Shown here: positions 39,767-52,149 of the stretch, one piece after another
Numbering within the stretch: position 1 is the first letter of the stretch
Layout of the letters: each line of letters opens with the position of its first letter
Origin: Azolla caroliniana
Lineage: Eukaryota > Plantae > Polypodiophyta
Length of the DNA: 64,000 nt
NCBI GenBank assembly: GCA_043228905.1
Contig: JBHGNT010000012.1
Coordinates: 19,034,001-19,098,000, forward strand
Reading direction: 5' to 3'
The notes under the pieces: generated by a model
The model's input: only the letters and a program-made list of their open reading frames with translations
Databases searched by the model: none
Told to the model about the DNA's origin: nothing
Program-made: the position numbers and the translations under genes

Positions 39767-40718
39767 ATAATCTTTTGCATGTATTTCTCAAACGAATCCG
39801 CTATTTACTGATAAATTGGTCATTCGAACTAATCTATCTTTGGGGAGTTGTAGCAACCAACAAGATCTACACAAGAGCTAATGTAAAATCACATAGAAAG
39901 GAATGCAAGCATGATTAACCAATAGATTATAAGAAATCCAAAACCATCAATCTACTTGTTACATTATATTCGTGGATCTTATTTGTTGTTTATCATCTTG
40001 CTTGAGATTCTAGATAATTAGACAACAAGTGTTTGACAAATTAATTCATATGGGTTACATGTGGAGGCTATTAAACATGTAGGTATGTCACCTAACCTTG
40101 GATATAACGCTTTGTTGGTGATCTTGCATTGGCTCCATGGTTGGGAGAGGAGTAAAATCATGTGATGACCTTATGGTGTGAAGTGTGAGTTCAATATAGT
40201 TCCAATGCATATCGTTGCTTGCATGTAGGTTGAGTGTGCGAAGAGATGCTACCAACAAAAAAGACACGAGTAAAATCTCTTGCATAGAAAACGAGTGCTC
40301 GAAGAGATATTGGCACAATGTAAAGAAAGTGATGTCATGAAAGCAAGGAAATGGTTTACCACCTTCATTGCAGGGCCATTAAACAATTGCAAGCTGCCCA
40401 CTGGTCGTGAATGCAATTAGGGGAAACGAAACCAATCTCCAGATAGAAGAAAAAGATCGCGGGCGCAGGATGATATGAAGAGACAAGCACAAGATGTATG
40501 TATGTATGGGAACATGAAAGGAAGTCCAACCAGTATGGGAGATACTGAGTAGTACCACTATATATCACATTTGGAAGGTTAGGTGCTCTCTCATTTTCCA
40601 TCAGCTTAAAACACCACCGGCTGAATTGGTTTCAAATATTTGGTCAGATATAGTTCATACTTTGAAGGGACAATGGGATGGTATTGTTGGAGTTTCTGAT
40701 GCTAAAATTGCTCAACGG

Positions 40719-41816
40719 TGTCGTGAAGATACGTCACTACGTGCAGATCGTGAGGCGGAACCGCCAGGGTTCTGGACCGGAAGGATTCGAAGTTTGCACA
40801 AGTTTTAGCGAGAAAGTATTTAAGATAGATAGAAAGAGAGAGAGAGATTGAGTTACGATAGAATGCTTGACTTTAGATTGAGAGACAAGATTAATACATC
40901 ACAAAAATGGAATAACGATTTTTCTTACTTTTAATTTCTTGATTAATACATCGCTCCCTTTGATCTTTTTCATCCACCCTTATATAGATGCTCCCATGTA
41001 TATGATGCATGTGAGGGTACAAAGACATGCATACAATGCATGGAATGCATGTGGTGCAGGTTTGCCATTTGGCGCTCATGCATCACATGCGATGCATGAT
41101 AACCATGTCACTAAATCAAGCTCTAATATGAGAATTTACATGTAAAACTATAATGATAGGAAAAATATTTTTAAGGTAATGACATAGCCTAGTGGTTATG
41201 TCTATTACCTCCTATCTTGGAGGTGCAAGGTTCAAGCCTTGCTTGCATCCTTTTGTGTACAAACTTTCACTAGGTTTTTTAGTCTAGATATTTTGTTCGT
41301 TTCACACCGAAATCGTCGCGATCAACCTATCCGATTGATTCATCTACCCAGTCCGCTTTCGACCCGGTGATCTGGTCTATCTAGTTCGGTTTCGGTTCCG
41401 TCGCCGTTCGGTTTTGAACCCATCCAAAACACTATTTTGAATAACTTGGCCACATCCATTTATCTAAGTTACACAACCCAACCCTTATATGCTCCTAACA
41501 CTTAGATAAAATGTAAAGAGATATGGCTCTACTTATATACTCTTACATCCTAATGTTGCCGTATCAATGTGGGATATCTCACAATTTTGTTTTTCTCTTC
41601 TTGTTCTTAAACTTCACATTCACATAACTTGACACTAATTTGTCTATTTCACATGTAGTAAAATGCATTCGGAAGCCCTAGAAGACATCCATCTTTTCGT
41701 ACCAAGATATAAAATAATATCTTCATTATTATTGTTCTATAATGTATGTGAAGAACCACACTCGATTTTGTACATTCCATACAATTTTCACACCGTGGGC
41801 GAAAATCTTTACGACA
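40719..41816 (-). mobile_element. Solo-LTR-like insert C (TGTCGTGAAGAT...ATCTTTACGACA, TSD ACGG/ACGA)
   Basis: 12-bp terminal IR with 1 mismatch; removing the insert plus 4 bp restores the LINE reading frame; minus-strand CTATATAAGGG at ~40977-40987. Confidence 0.8.
41183..41243 (+). other. tRNA-derived Pol III A/B-box cassette inside insert C
   Basis: TAGCCTAGTGG (41185-41195), 33-nt spacer, GGTTCAAGCC (41229-41238); shares TGGAGGTGCAAGGTTC.A..CTTGC with 880-940. Confidence 0.6.
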
Positions 41817-42136
41817 ACGACATGAGCTTATCACTATATGGAAAGCTACTCCATTCATGACAGCCAATTGTGATACTCCTTATTGCCATTTTCAACCTCC
41901 GAAATGGTTATTTCCCCCACCGATCACATAGAATTTAAAATCTATTAAAAATGGTTACACTAATGACAGGATATCTTCTTAAAGAAAAAGGAAATGGCGT
42001 ACCACCTTCATTGCAGGGCCATTAAACAATTGCAAGCTGCCCACTGGTCGTGAATGCAATTAGGGGGAACGAAACCAATCTCTAGATAGAAGAAAAAGAT
42101 CGCGGGCGCAGGATGATACAAAGAGACTAGCGCAAG

Positions 42137-42262
42137 ATGTATGTATGTATGTATGTATGTATGAATGAATGTCTGCATGCATGCATGTATGTACGATGTA
42201 TGTGTGTATGTATGCATGCATGTATAATGTATGTATGTATGTATGTATGTATGTATGTATGT
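42137..42262. repeat. (TATG)n/(TGCA) microsatellite in the cpSRP43 promoter
   Basis: Direct read. Confidence 0.9.
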
Positions 42263-42374
42263 GGGCGATTTGAGTTGAGTTTTCCTCTCCTATTGGATAT
42301 ACAGAGACGATCTTTGATCCCTTATCCTCTTCTCTCTCTGTCTTTTTGTCTCTTGTCTCTGTTTCCTGTCAGCT

Positions 42375-44280
42375 ATGGCAGCCTCCCAGCTCCATCGCCA
42401 CCATCAATTCGCCCTGCCTCCCTGCCCCCTGCCTCCCTTCCACACCTTCCCGGAACCAGCTTCCTGCGGTTTCCGCCCCACCAAGTCATGGCGTGGCCTC
42501 TCCCTCTGCTCTGCTCGGGAAAGTTCGGTGTACAGCCATGGATCACGTACCGACTCTGTCGCCGTTGCTTCTTCCGACGCCCCAGACCAACAGGTACCAG
42601 TAACGTGATAGCTCTTTTTCTTGTTGTTATTACTCTCGTGATTTCCATTTCTCTTGCCTTCTGTTGATGATGATGATGATGGTATGTATTTTATGAAGAT
42701 GAATTGAAGAAGGTGCAGACCATGTTGTTATGGTGCTACTTTAAATGATGCAGATAGTAGATGTATTGTGATCCTAGGTATAATGTGGACTTTAGGTATA
42801 CTGTACTGTTAATGATACAGAGAATTGATGTATTGTGATTTTAGGTATAATGTGGTGGATTTTGTATATACTGTAGTTAAATTAATGATACAGATAATAG
42901 ATGTATTGTGATTTTAGGTATAATGTGAATGGTGGATTCTAGGTATAATGTGGTTTTTGATGATATGGATGTGGATGTGAGGGGTACTGCTTCCTATGAA
43001 GGGATATTCATACTTCGAAGCACAAAATCTATATGTGTGAACAGGAAAGAGACATATGAAGAGGAAAAGAGAAGGAAACCATTGGTATGTGCATATGTAT
43101 AGTGAAGAATGACGAAAGAAAGCATCAAGATTTGCATGAAGCTGTTTGTGTTCATTATCATATGTGGCGAGTGACCACGTATCGAGATCTCTATGAGGGC
43201 TGCCAATTAATGATTTGAATGTGGATGTGGAATCAATGTCAAAAAGATGTGTTTTCTTTGTGGATGCTGATTAGGTCTTTGATGCCCATGCCGCAGGACG
43301 AGGACAATCCGGATATCTCGACCACATCTACAGAGAAGCAATCCTGGGACAATGATGCCATCACCAATGCTCAAGAAGCCTATGGAGAGGTCAATAAGAT
43401 CCTCGCGAGTAGAGCTATAGATCACCGCATGTTCTATCTCATCGAATGGAAAGATGGGCACGAGCCGTCGTGGCTTCCTGCCTCGGGAATCGCCAAAGAC
43501 GTGGTGGCCGAGTATGAAACGGCCTGGTGGAAGGCTGTACGAACCGTCGATGATGGTAAACTCGAAGAGCTTATCTCGGAAGAAGGGCGGGACGTGGACG
43601 CGGTGGACGAGAACGGGCGGACGGCCCTATTGTTCGCATCGGGTTTAGGGTCCGAGAAGTGTGTCCGCCTCCTTGTAGAGGCGGGAGCGGATGTAGACGG
43701 GCAAGACCCGGATGGTTTGACACCTTTGCATATGGCCACGGGGTATGTGAGGCAAAACACGGTGTCGGCACTCATAGAGCTCGGTGCCGATCCTGAGGTT
43801 CCCGATTCGAAAGGCCGGACCCCCATCACTTTGGCGCAAGAGCTCATCGATCGGGTCCCGAAAGCGAACCCTCTCCAATTCGCACGCCGCCTCGCCCTAG
43901 AGAACATCTTGAAGATCCTAGAGAATGAGGTTTTTGAGACGATAGAAGTGGAGCAAGTGCTCGACAAGAGGAGGTCGGCCGAGGATGGGAGCATACAATA
44001 TCTTGTCAAGTGGAAAGACGATGCCCCCGATGAATGGGTATCGGCTGACAGTGTTGCGGATGACCTTATTAAAGACTACGAAGCGGGCTTAGAGTATGGT
44101 ATTGCCGAAGCTGTTGTCTCCAAGAGAGAAGAGAATGGGCGGATAGAGTACCTTGTAAGATGGGCCGATGCAGAAGAGGCCACATGGGAGCCTTCGGATA
44201 ATGTGGATGCCGAATTGATTGCCGAGTATGAAAATCTTAGTGTTGCTGAGGTAGGACAAAAAGGATCCGAACAAGTGTGA
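42375..44280 (+). CDS. CAO: Chloroplast signal recognition particle 43 kDa (cpSRP43), 2 exons
   Basis: Exon 1 42375-42593 (Ser/Pro/Arg-rich transit-peptide-like); exon 2 43297-44280. Chromodomain YGEVNKILASR..YLIEWKDGHEPSW, ankyrin repeats DENGRTALLF and DGLTPLHMATGY, PKANPLQFARRLALE, two C-terminal chromodomains. Confidence 0.95.
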
Positions 44281-45759
44281 GAGCTCATGTGACAAGAAAA
44301 CCACACATACGTGTATTGTATTTTGCAATCAAGAGAGTATGGCTCCGAAATGGCCCATCTTAGTTTAAGAGGTTGTTTTGTCTTCATTTGAATATTTGCC
44401 CATGCCATTCTTTCTTTATTATGAAAGATGCTTACATATATATGGTCGGTCAAATTAGTTCGCCCGCCATGTTAGGTGAAGACAAAACCAAAAAAGCACA
44501 CACATTTCTGTGCATTTGCAAGGTTTGCAAATTTAGGGTATGTATTTAGTATCCTTTGTTTTTCCAAAGTGTGTGTGAGAGAGAGTGATTTTACCCAAAG
44601 TGACTAATTGTTGTAGTAATGAAGAGTCCACAAAAGATTGGCATTAGGAAAATGAGCATTTTTGGTTGAATTGCTCTTATTTTCACCGTGTAAGGACATG
44701 GTGAATCAAGCTCATAAGAGATTCATGGTGTATGTTACATTCAAGAAAACTAATCAGAAAGTCATGATTTGTGTGGTAAGCTATGATCAATGGAAGCATG
44801 GTCATTGGATTAAACATTCCTAAAACTTCGTTTAGATCCAATATGGGACTGGTTTTTGTCCTCTTTATGTTTTCTTTCTTCTTCTTTTTGTCCAAAGGTA
44901 CTTGCTTCCTTAATGAGAACACCAAACGCATGTCTATGTTAATGTGAATGAGAAAATCGAGCATGTGCCTATATTAATGTGAATGAGAGATCCCATAGGT
45001 GTGCATGTCAAATTTGAGAAATGTGTCGTAACTAATACCCCTTGGGCTTTTTGCATACTGATATACTATAATTCAACCTTATTGTGTAGAAGCTTAGTAA
45101 CATCCCCTTCCATAGAGCACTATCGGATTCGTAACTATGGGCTAGTTTGTACTCTAGCTTTCTTGTTGAGCCTCTCTCATTTCATCGTTACTTTTGTTCT
45201 AGCTTAGCTTGTTCAATCTCTCATCATTTCAATTCATTGGCCCATCAAATTATCCACAAAGAATTGATGGCATCACAAACTTTTTGTTTTATGTTGCTTC
45301 TCTTCAACTTGTAGGACAAACTCCTTTTGTGTTATGGTAGGTATGCGATATTGTTTCCGAATAGTCATAAATTGCCACTTCATCGTATCATAACTTTCCA
45401 CTTCTCTAGGGATACAATGAAGATGTCCACCACCCGATTTCTACCTTAAAAAACGATTTCTGTGTACGATGTAATGCACACACGCTTTATGAAATTGATG
45501 GCAATTGTAAATCAACGTGAAAGTTTATATGATGATTATATATACTAGAAGCAAATCTTGGGTGGTTTGCATGGAAAACTTCGTGTTTTTTGGTTCCCTC
45601 TCTTTCTTTTCTACTTGAGCATGAAAGTGACTTCCTTTGTACTTTTAAAGGCATTAGGCAATTTGTAGACAAAAATGAAAAATAGTAAAAGAAGTAATGA
45701 AGAATCCTTGCCCCGATACCATGCTTATGTTGGCGTCCATTATGTTCATGTTAGCCTCC

Positions 45760-46300
45760 CCTTTTCCATCATGGATGTGTTGTAGGGTGGTGACTATGAG
45801 TTTATCGCCATTCTCCCGCCCTCCGCCGCTATGTTCCGGCACGATGTGAAGGAAATTGTGATGAAACCCTTGTTGGATTTCGTAGCCAAGAAGAGATCGG
45901 CGCAACACGTGGACGGGTATCCATATCTCGCGTGGGAGAGTGGCGCCATGGGTATTGTGTCATTAGCCCTAGCATTGTTCGGTTTGACCGAGGCGGACAT
46001 ACACGATGGCATAGATGAGTATGTGGACAATGGGAATGGGTTGCACTATCAGAATTTACTAGACATGCAACTCAATGCCATGGTGGCAGCCATGGAGGAT
46101 GTAGGGTTCGAGAATGTGAACCTTACGTTGAGCAAGTGTGGGTGGCCCACCCGTGAAGACATGGACAAGCGTGGGGCCAATGTCGGAAACGTGCCCCTCT
46201 TCAACCGTCGCCTTGTTCGTAGAATGTTGGCATCACCGCCCATCGCACCCCCTTGTCGCCCATGTGCACACCCAACTTCCTCATTTCTATTTTATCCTTA
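45760..46300 (+). pseudogene. GH17 beta-1,3-glucanase fragment
   Basis: PSAAMFR.D....VMKPLLDF...YPYLAW, YQNLLDMQL.A..AAM...GF, LSKCGWPT (canonical SETGWPT). N-terminus missing, frameshifts, truncated C-terminus. Confidence 0.8.
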
Positions 46301-47384
46301 AAGCTGATAAAATTTGGTTAAGAAAAAAGATCCTTTTTCCCCATGCAATGTATTGGTAGACTTGTGTTATGTGATTTTTTGATGTTTGGTTAAAAGTTTT
46401 TTTTTGCTTTGCACTATGCCTCAAAATCATTGTTAATATAGGTATGTGCCACGAATGGTGGCACCTCTATATTCCACGACTCAAGTGTTGGGATAGGGTC
46501 AATAGACCGGCTCTCATTGAACCTAGAGGAGTGTAAAGTCATGACCAAATAAAGATAGATACCAAGAGATGTGTTCAACTAACTCCATTAGACCAACGGG
46601 AGGGGAAAATCATGAGTAGATGAGGTAGCCACCAAGAATGTCTGGCTAAAACACTTCACGAGAGAAATGTGGATTCAATGCAAATATAGCCTGTTTTTAG
46701 TACACTTAGTTTGTATAATGTGTATGGAAGGGTCTTATTATTTAGGGGCATTCAAAGACCAAATACAGAAAGAAAGAGAGCAATGCTTTTTCCAACACTA
46801 ATATTTGTAACAACTCCATATGGAATTATTACTTAGGGTCATGAGATTCATGAAGAAAACACTCTTTCTTGAAAAACATTCCTTACCAAATAAAATTGTA
46901 AGTGACCCCGGACTGATTTTGTTGAAAAATGTCATTATTACTTTCTACCTTGGGACGGTGACGTCATTACACGACCCTCATTTTTTTCATTAGAGTGAAA
47001 AAATTGGGTTGTTATCCAACGGAAAAGAAGAAGAAACATTACACATGTTGCCAATTTAAGCAAGTAAAATGTCACATAAGTTCCTGTTAACTAGAAGCCT
47101 AATTCCTTCGTTAATAACTCTATAAAAACATTATAGGGGCATTTACATTGAAATTACAATGTATAGTATCTCTCGTGCGCTCTATTCAAGCTTCATACAA
47201 CAAGCTCACCCTTTCATATTCTTTAATGTCTTAAATGTTTATGCTAAAGAACATAAACATTTCCACTTAACATTAAATGCCATTACATGGATATTCAAAC
47301 AAGAATAAAATTAAGAACATAAACATTTCCAAATTTTTCACTCGGAAAGATGACCACACCACCTAATGGCATACGGAATAGGAA

Positions 47385-48030
47385 ACTTATTATTATTTTT
47401 TAAAAGATATCCTGCCATTAGTATAAAAAATTTAAAAGATTTTAAACCTCTATGTGATCGGCAGGGAAACAACCATTTTAGCGGCTGAAAATGCCAATAA
47501 GGAGTGCCGTATTTGGATGTCATGAATGGAGTAACTGTCCAGATAATAAGAAACTCACTCTGTTGAGCAATTTTAGCCCTAGAATCTCCAACTATACCAT
47601 CCCATTGACCCTTCAAAGTATGAACTATGTCTAACCAAATGTTTGAAACCACTTCACCTAGTGGTGTTTTAAGTTGATGGAAAACGAGAGAGCACCGAAC
47701 CTTCCAAATGTGATATACAATGGTACTACTTGGTATCTCCCATATTGGTTGGACTTCCTTCCTTACTCTTGAAAACTGTAATGACAGCAGTGGTAATGTA
47801 TGAACACTTCCATATTAAGTGTAAAACACATGGTCCATAGATTCATTGTCATAATGGAATGCATCACGGACAAGTGATGTCCAAACCACCATGCCCCAAG
47901 TGAAAACCAATGGGGGAAAATAATTAGCAAAAACACTAACTTAGGAGTCGTTGCCATATTTGTTGAGACTCAATGCATTCCCATAAACAATGTTTTTGAG
48001 TTTCCATTTGTAATTGACATCGAGTACAGG
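47385..48030 (-). mobile_element. L1/Tx1-like LINE 3' fragment (same family as 35436 and 40509)
   Basis: SNIWLDIVHTLKGQWDGIVG...WHFQPLKWLFP; A-rich tail at ~47385-47403. Confidence 0.85.
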
Positions 48031-48289
48031 AAACTTATTGTTATTCCCCTATAGGGACTATGTATTGGGCATGTCTAATGATGTAGTTGTTATGGAACAA
48101 GATATGTAAACCCTTTTGATCTCATATCATGGGCGTAGGACTCTTTGAATAAGTTATCTTGTTAATAATGAATTTATTTATTTTATATTTATCTCACCAG
48201 GTGTACATATACCTACATTCATATTTTCTTTATTAAATGAGAACTTGGGGCCAACAACAGAGTGAAATTGGGGATTTGTAGAAGATGTT

Positions 48290-48680
48290 GAAATCCATGG
48301 TTCCACTCACATACCTTAGCACTCGCTTAGCATAGTCGAGATGGATGTCACACGGAGTTTGCATGAATTGGCTAAGGAGGGCCGACCGAGTAACTCAGGT
48401 CGGGTAATTATGAGGTAGATGAGGCTTCCGACTAGCTGACGATAGAGCATCGGCGAACACACTCTCTTGTACATGAGTCAACATCTTGCTTTAGGTTGTG
48501 ATCAGGATGGGTAGTGACGAGCTTACACTATGTCATCCCAAACTTGCAGAGAAGATTGAGGATATAGTGCCTTTGAGAAAGCATGATGTCGTCAAGAGTC
48601 CGAATTACTTCTATTCCTAGAAAGTAATGGAGCTCCTTCATGTCTTTCATTTCGAATTGGTTGGAGAGGAGCTTCTTATC
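48290..48680 (-). mobile_element. Copia RT fragment
   Basis: LSNQFEMKDMKELHYFLGIEV...LSQRHYILNLL..FGM, followed by YRQLVGSLIYL. Confidence 0.8.
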
Positions 48681-48769
48681 CAAACAAGACACACATATGT
48701 GATATTGATTTAATAGGTAGTTCGCCAGACTCGGCATATGCAACATTGTCACCAAACCCAATAGACCCA

Positions 48770-49722
48770 ACAATTGGATCTCAAAAGTTTTGGTGTGCGG
48801 CCAATGCAAGTGCTAGTCCAATCAACCTACAAGTAGTCCTAAACTATGCATTTGCACAAAATTCCTTCATATGCTCGTCAGTTCAACAAGGTGGTTCTTG
48901 TTTCCAACCTAGCAATCTCATTGCACATGCATCCTATGCCTTCAATTCGTACTATCTTCAATTCAAAGCGGTTGGTGGTTCTTGTGACTTTGGAGGTTTG
49001 GCTATCCTCACAACCAACGACCCATTAATATATATAACATTATCTCAATAAACATTTATATATATACTTTCATGAGATAACATTAATATATTTGAATTTA
49101 AGGTGTATATCTCATTAGAGTCAATCTTGAAATATAATACTCCTATTGGTGTCTCAAAATTGCAAACTCTATCAAATTAATCTATCACTTTATTGGCGCT
49201 CAATTACACTCATAACCTATCTTAGACCCTAATTTTCCTTCAATCTCATGGTAAAATCTTTCATTTTGTACCCAACGTCACAAACACTTTTTTGTTTTGA
49301 AGAAACCCCCATATTATAGCAGGATATTCACAAAGAGAGCACCTCCCCTCAAACTTGCATTGAAACTTATAATATTTCATGACCTAATTGAACAATAGAT
49401 CTTGGCACACACTATGATCTTACTTCTTAAAGCTATGCTCTCAAGAGGACTCTCCCTCTATAAATTAGTTGTGCACCGATTGTTCGAGGCTCAAGCACTT
49501 AATATTATCTTTGTGTATGTAATTATATGCGAACACTTCCTGAAACGAAAATATTTTTATATGTTGCCAAAACAAACAATTTCAAAATAATGTGCACGGT
49601 TTCTTTATCCTCAATTTGAATTTTTTTATTGCTCTCCTTTCTTTAAACTTGATCATTATGTTTCTCACCATTGGTTTCTTGTTGATTTGTCAGGCTACGG
49701 ATCCTGCTTGTATCCACCATTA
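48770..49722 (+). pseudogene. X8 (CBM43) domain exons, probably a pseudogene
   Basis: FWCAAN...LQVVLNYAF....CSSVQQGGSCFQP..LIAHASYAFNSYY......GSCDFGG.A..TT.DP (48770-49024) plus last exon CAG|GCTACGGATCCTGC = (S)YGSCLYPP* (49694-49722). Conserved YAC changed to YAF; no GT donor after DP. Confidence 0.75.
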
Positions 49723-49825
49723 ATCTTTTAACAAGGTCATAGGCCTAAAATACTATTCACATTGTTCATTAATTGGCCTTATGTTACGATAATTCATGAC
49801 TCTTAAAGTATACAAACAACTCTCT

Positions 49826-51991
49826 TTTTTTTTCCAAAAAAAACTACTTCCATTAGTTAAGGCAATGTACAAGGGATAATTTACAACTCATATCTTACAA
49901 ACCATCTTGCATGACAAAAGAAAATAATATGTGTAGATGAAACAACAAAAGAACAACTCCAAAACACCACATCATTCGATGCGCATAGCATTACCCGAAC
50001 GCATACACTACAAAACATAATTCAGCATAGATGTCCTCCATTCACTTCTCATGGTAGCACCCATCTAGATGTTAGGTACACTCGGGGGGAACAACCACCG
50101 TGGTGGTTGATAATTCCACTTCGATTTACCATCCACCATCTGCAGCATCGACGAACCGCTCCATTTCAGAAGGAAACGAGCTCTAGCTTCTTCACTTGCG
50201 TCAGAGGGCCCTTGAAGACTTTCAAACTCTCCTCGTAACGTAGAAATAAGATTAAACCAGATCATCATTAAATTCTCAGCCGGTGGGGTTCGTTTACCTG
50301 CAAAAGCCTCCTTGCACCTAGATACCCACACTTGCCAGACTGTAAGGCCGACCACTAATAACCATGTGTCCACGTAGCGTTCTTGTAAGACCAATGAACC
50401 TCCTTGCGCTGGTTGCACAGATCCTTGCATCACCTTTAAAGAAGGACTATTTCCATTCCAGCCTTGAAACCACAAAGCCGATTCAGTGGCCAACCAAGTG
50501 ACTGCTGCACTCGATACATGAACCTCAACCCCGAACTGAGCCAAGATTCTTAAGCTCCTTAACCAAATTTCTTGCGCTCGTCGGCAACACCACAAGCAAT
50601 GAGCGATGTCCTCCAAGCTTGCACTACAGGCCTTGCAACCACTCATGCCGCCTCCATTCCCAAGTCACTCTCCCGTTGGGACAACCCGATGGGTGATTAA
50701 CTAGAAAAACACTTTGATCCGCTCGGGAAGGGATGAGTTCCATATCCTACTCCTGGTTCTATCCACGAAGACTGAATCGACAGCTGCATGGGCCCACTTG
50801 TTGGCACACTTCTCACGATACGAACCTAACTTTCTCCCCAAGTGTGTCGAGTATTCGAAGAAACCTAATGATTTATCTTGTTCTCCCTTCCACGTATATT
50901 CAGCGGGATCCCATTCTAAGCACTCGCAGACTTGCCTTCAACCACGTACAAGATCCAATCCTCCTCAGCCTCTTTGACTGGTGGATTCACCTTCCATTTC
51001 TTTCCATCTCTTGCCACAATTCTAATCGGGTACCAACATGCACTTTCATCTATTAATCCCATCTGGGCGATCTTCCCATTCTTTCCCATGCTTTGTGTGA
51101 CTTCCATTGCCCACCTAGTCTTGGACTCCAAAGAATGCTCCTATTATGTATCAATGTTTTCCATAACTCATTACCGGGTAGCAAGCTCCTTACCAACACC
51201 TTATATAACAATGCCTAACTCTGCAATCCAGGGTCAATCAATCCTAAACCCCCCTTACTCTTGGGAAGAACCAATGTAGACCATGATACTTTGGCTGCCG
51301 CGTTGTCTTTCCTCATCCTAGCCCATAGGAATCCCCTAATACACGCTTTAATAGTACGAATAACTTGCTTGTAAAAAATCCACACTGAAACTGCATGCCA
51401 TAATGTAGACAAGAGCACATGATTAGCTACTATGATCCTGCCAGCCAATGATAAGTTCATCCTTGACCAATTGCGAATTTTGTCACAGATTTTGCTTTGA
51501 ATTTGTTGCAACTGAATTCCTTTGTCGATATCTACCCCAATCCACGTTCCCAGATACCTAGTGGCTTCCCCGTTTGCAATCCATTTGAATTCAACATTTG
51601 GCTTCCAAAAAGGCTCGGACTCCGAGCTGATCCAGAAACCCTTGGACTTATTCCAATTGATGGACGCTCCCGATGCTTTGCAAAAGAGATCAATAGCACT
51701 CTGTGCCCTCTCAAGATTCACTTCATTTCCTTGGAGGTATAACATCGTATCGTCCGCGAACTCCGAGGCCAACAGGGACTTCCTTGAGTTAGGGATCGAA
51801 AGACCATGAAGATTTGTCCCTTGACTATTAAAAAAGGTAGACATTGCTTCAGTAATAAAAAGGAATAGAAAGGGGGCAAGAGGACATCCCTGCCTGATGG
51901 ATCGAGTTAGAAAGATTCAAGCTCCTTTCCTCCTTGCAATCAACACCTTACTCGAGCCATTCCTATATAAGGCTTGGGTAGCACACCTCCA
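49826..51991 (-). mobile_element. Decayed L1/Tx1-like LINE ORF2, cut by an LTR element at 51992
   Basis: SIRQGCPLAPFLF, EFADD, RYLG, LSLAGRIIVANHVL, PKSKGGLGL, zf-RVT CKAC...EDIAHCLWCC, YQPPRWLFPP; A-rich tail at ~49826-49833. Confidence 0.9.
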
Positions 51992-52149
51992 TGTTAGCTA
52001 GCCGACAAGGAGTGAAGGACAATCCAGAATGTGAAAGGGCAGGAATAATCGGATGCTATTATTAGGATATTAAGTAATTAAGTATATTTTGAGAAGTGAA
52101 CGGACGGATCAGAATCGGTATGCCGATCCGTATCCAGACCGGTTCATAT

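Larger units (their letters stand above)
40509..41987 (+). mobile_element. 5'-truncated L1/Tx1-like LINE 3' end, interrupted by insert C
   Basis: SNIWSDIVHTLKGQWDGIVG...AQR | HELITIWKATPFM...HFQPPKWLFPPPIT*; A-rich tail at 41981-41989. Confidence 0.85.
40345..42151 (+). repeat. ~164-bp direct repeats (40345-40508 and 41988-42151) flanking a LINE fragment
   Basis: AAGGAAATGG..TACCACCTTCATTGCAGGGCC...CAAGATGTATGTATGTATG occurs twice, with about 8 substitutions by eye. Confidence 0.9.

Noticed and set aside
43219-43296. ORF-track N-terminus MWMWNQ... for cpSRP43
   Set aside because: Intronic; the acceptor CAG at 43294-43296 joins the transit-peptide exon in frame.
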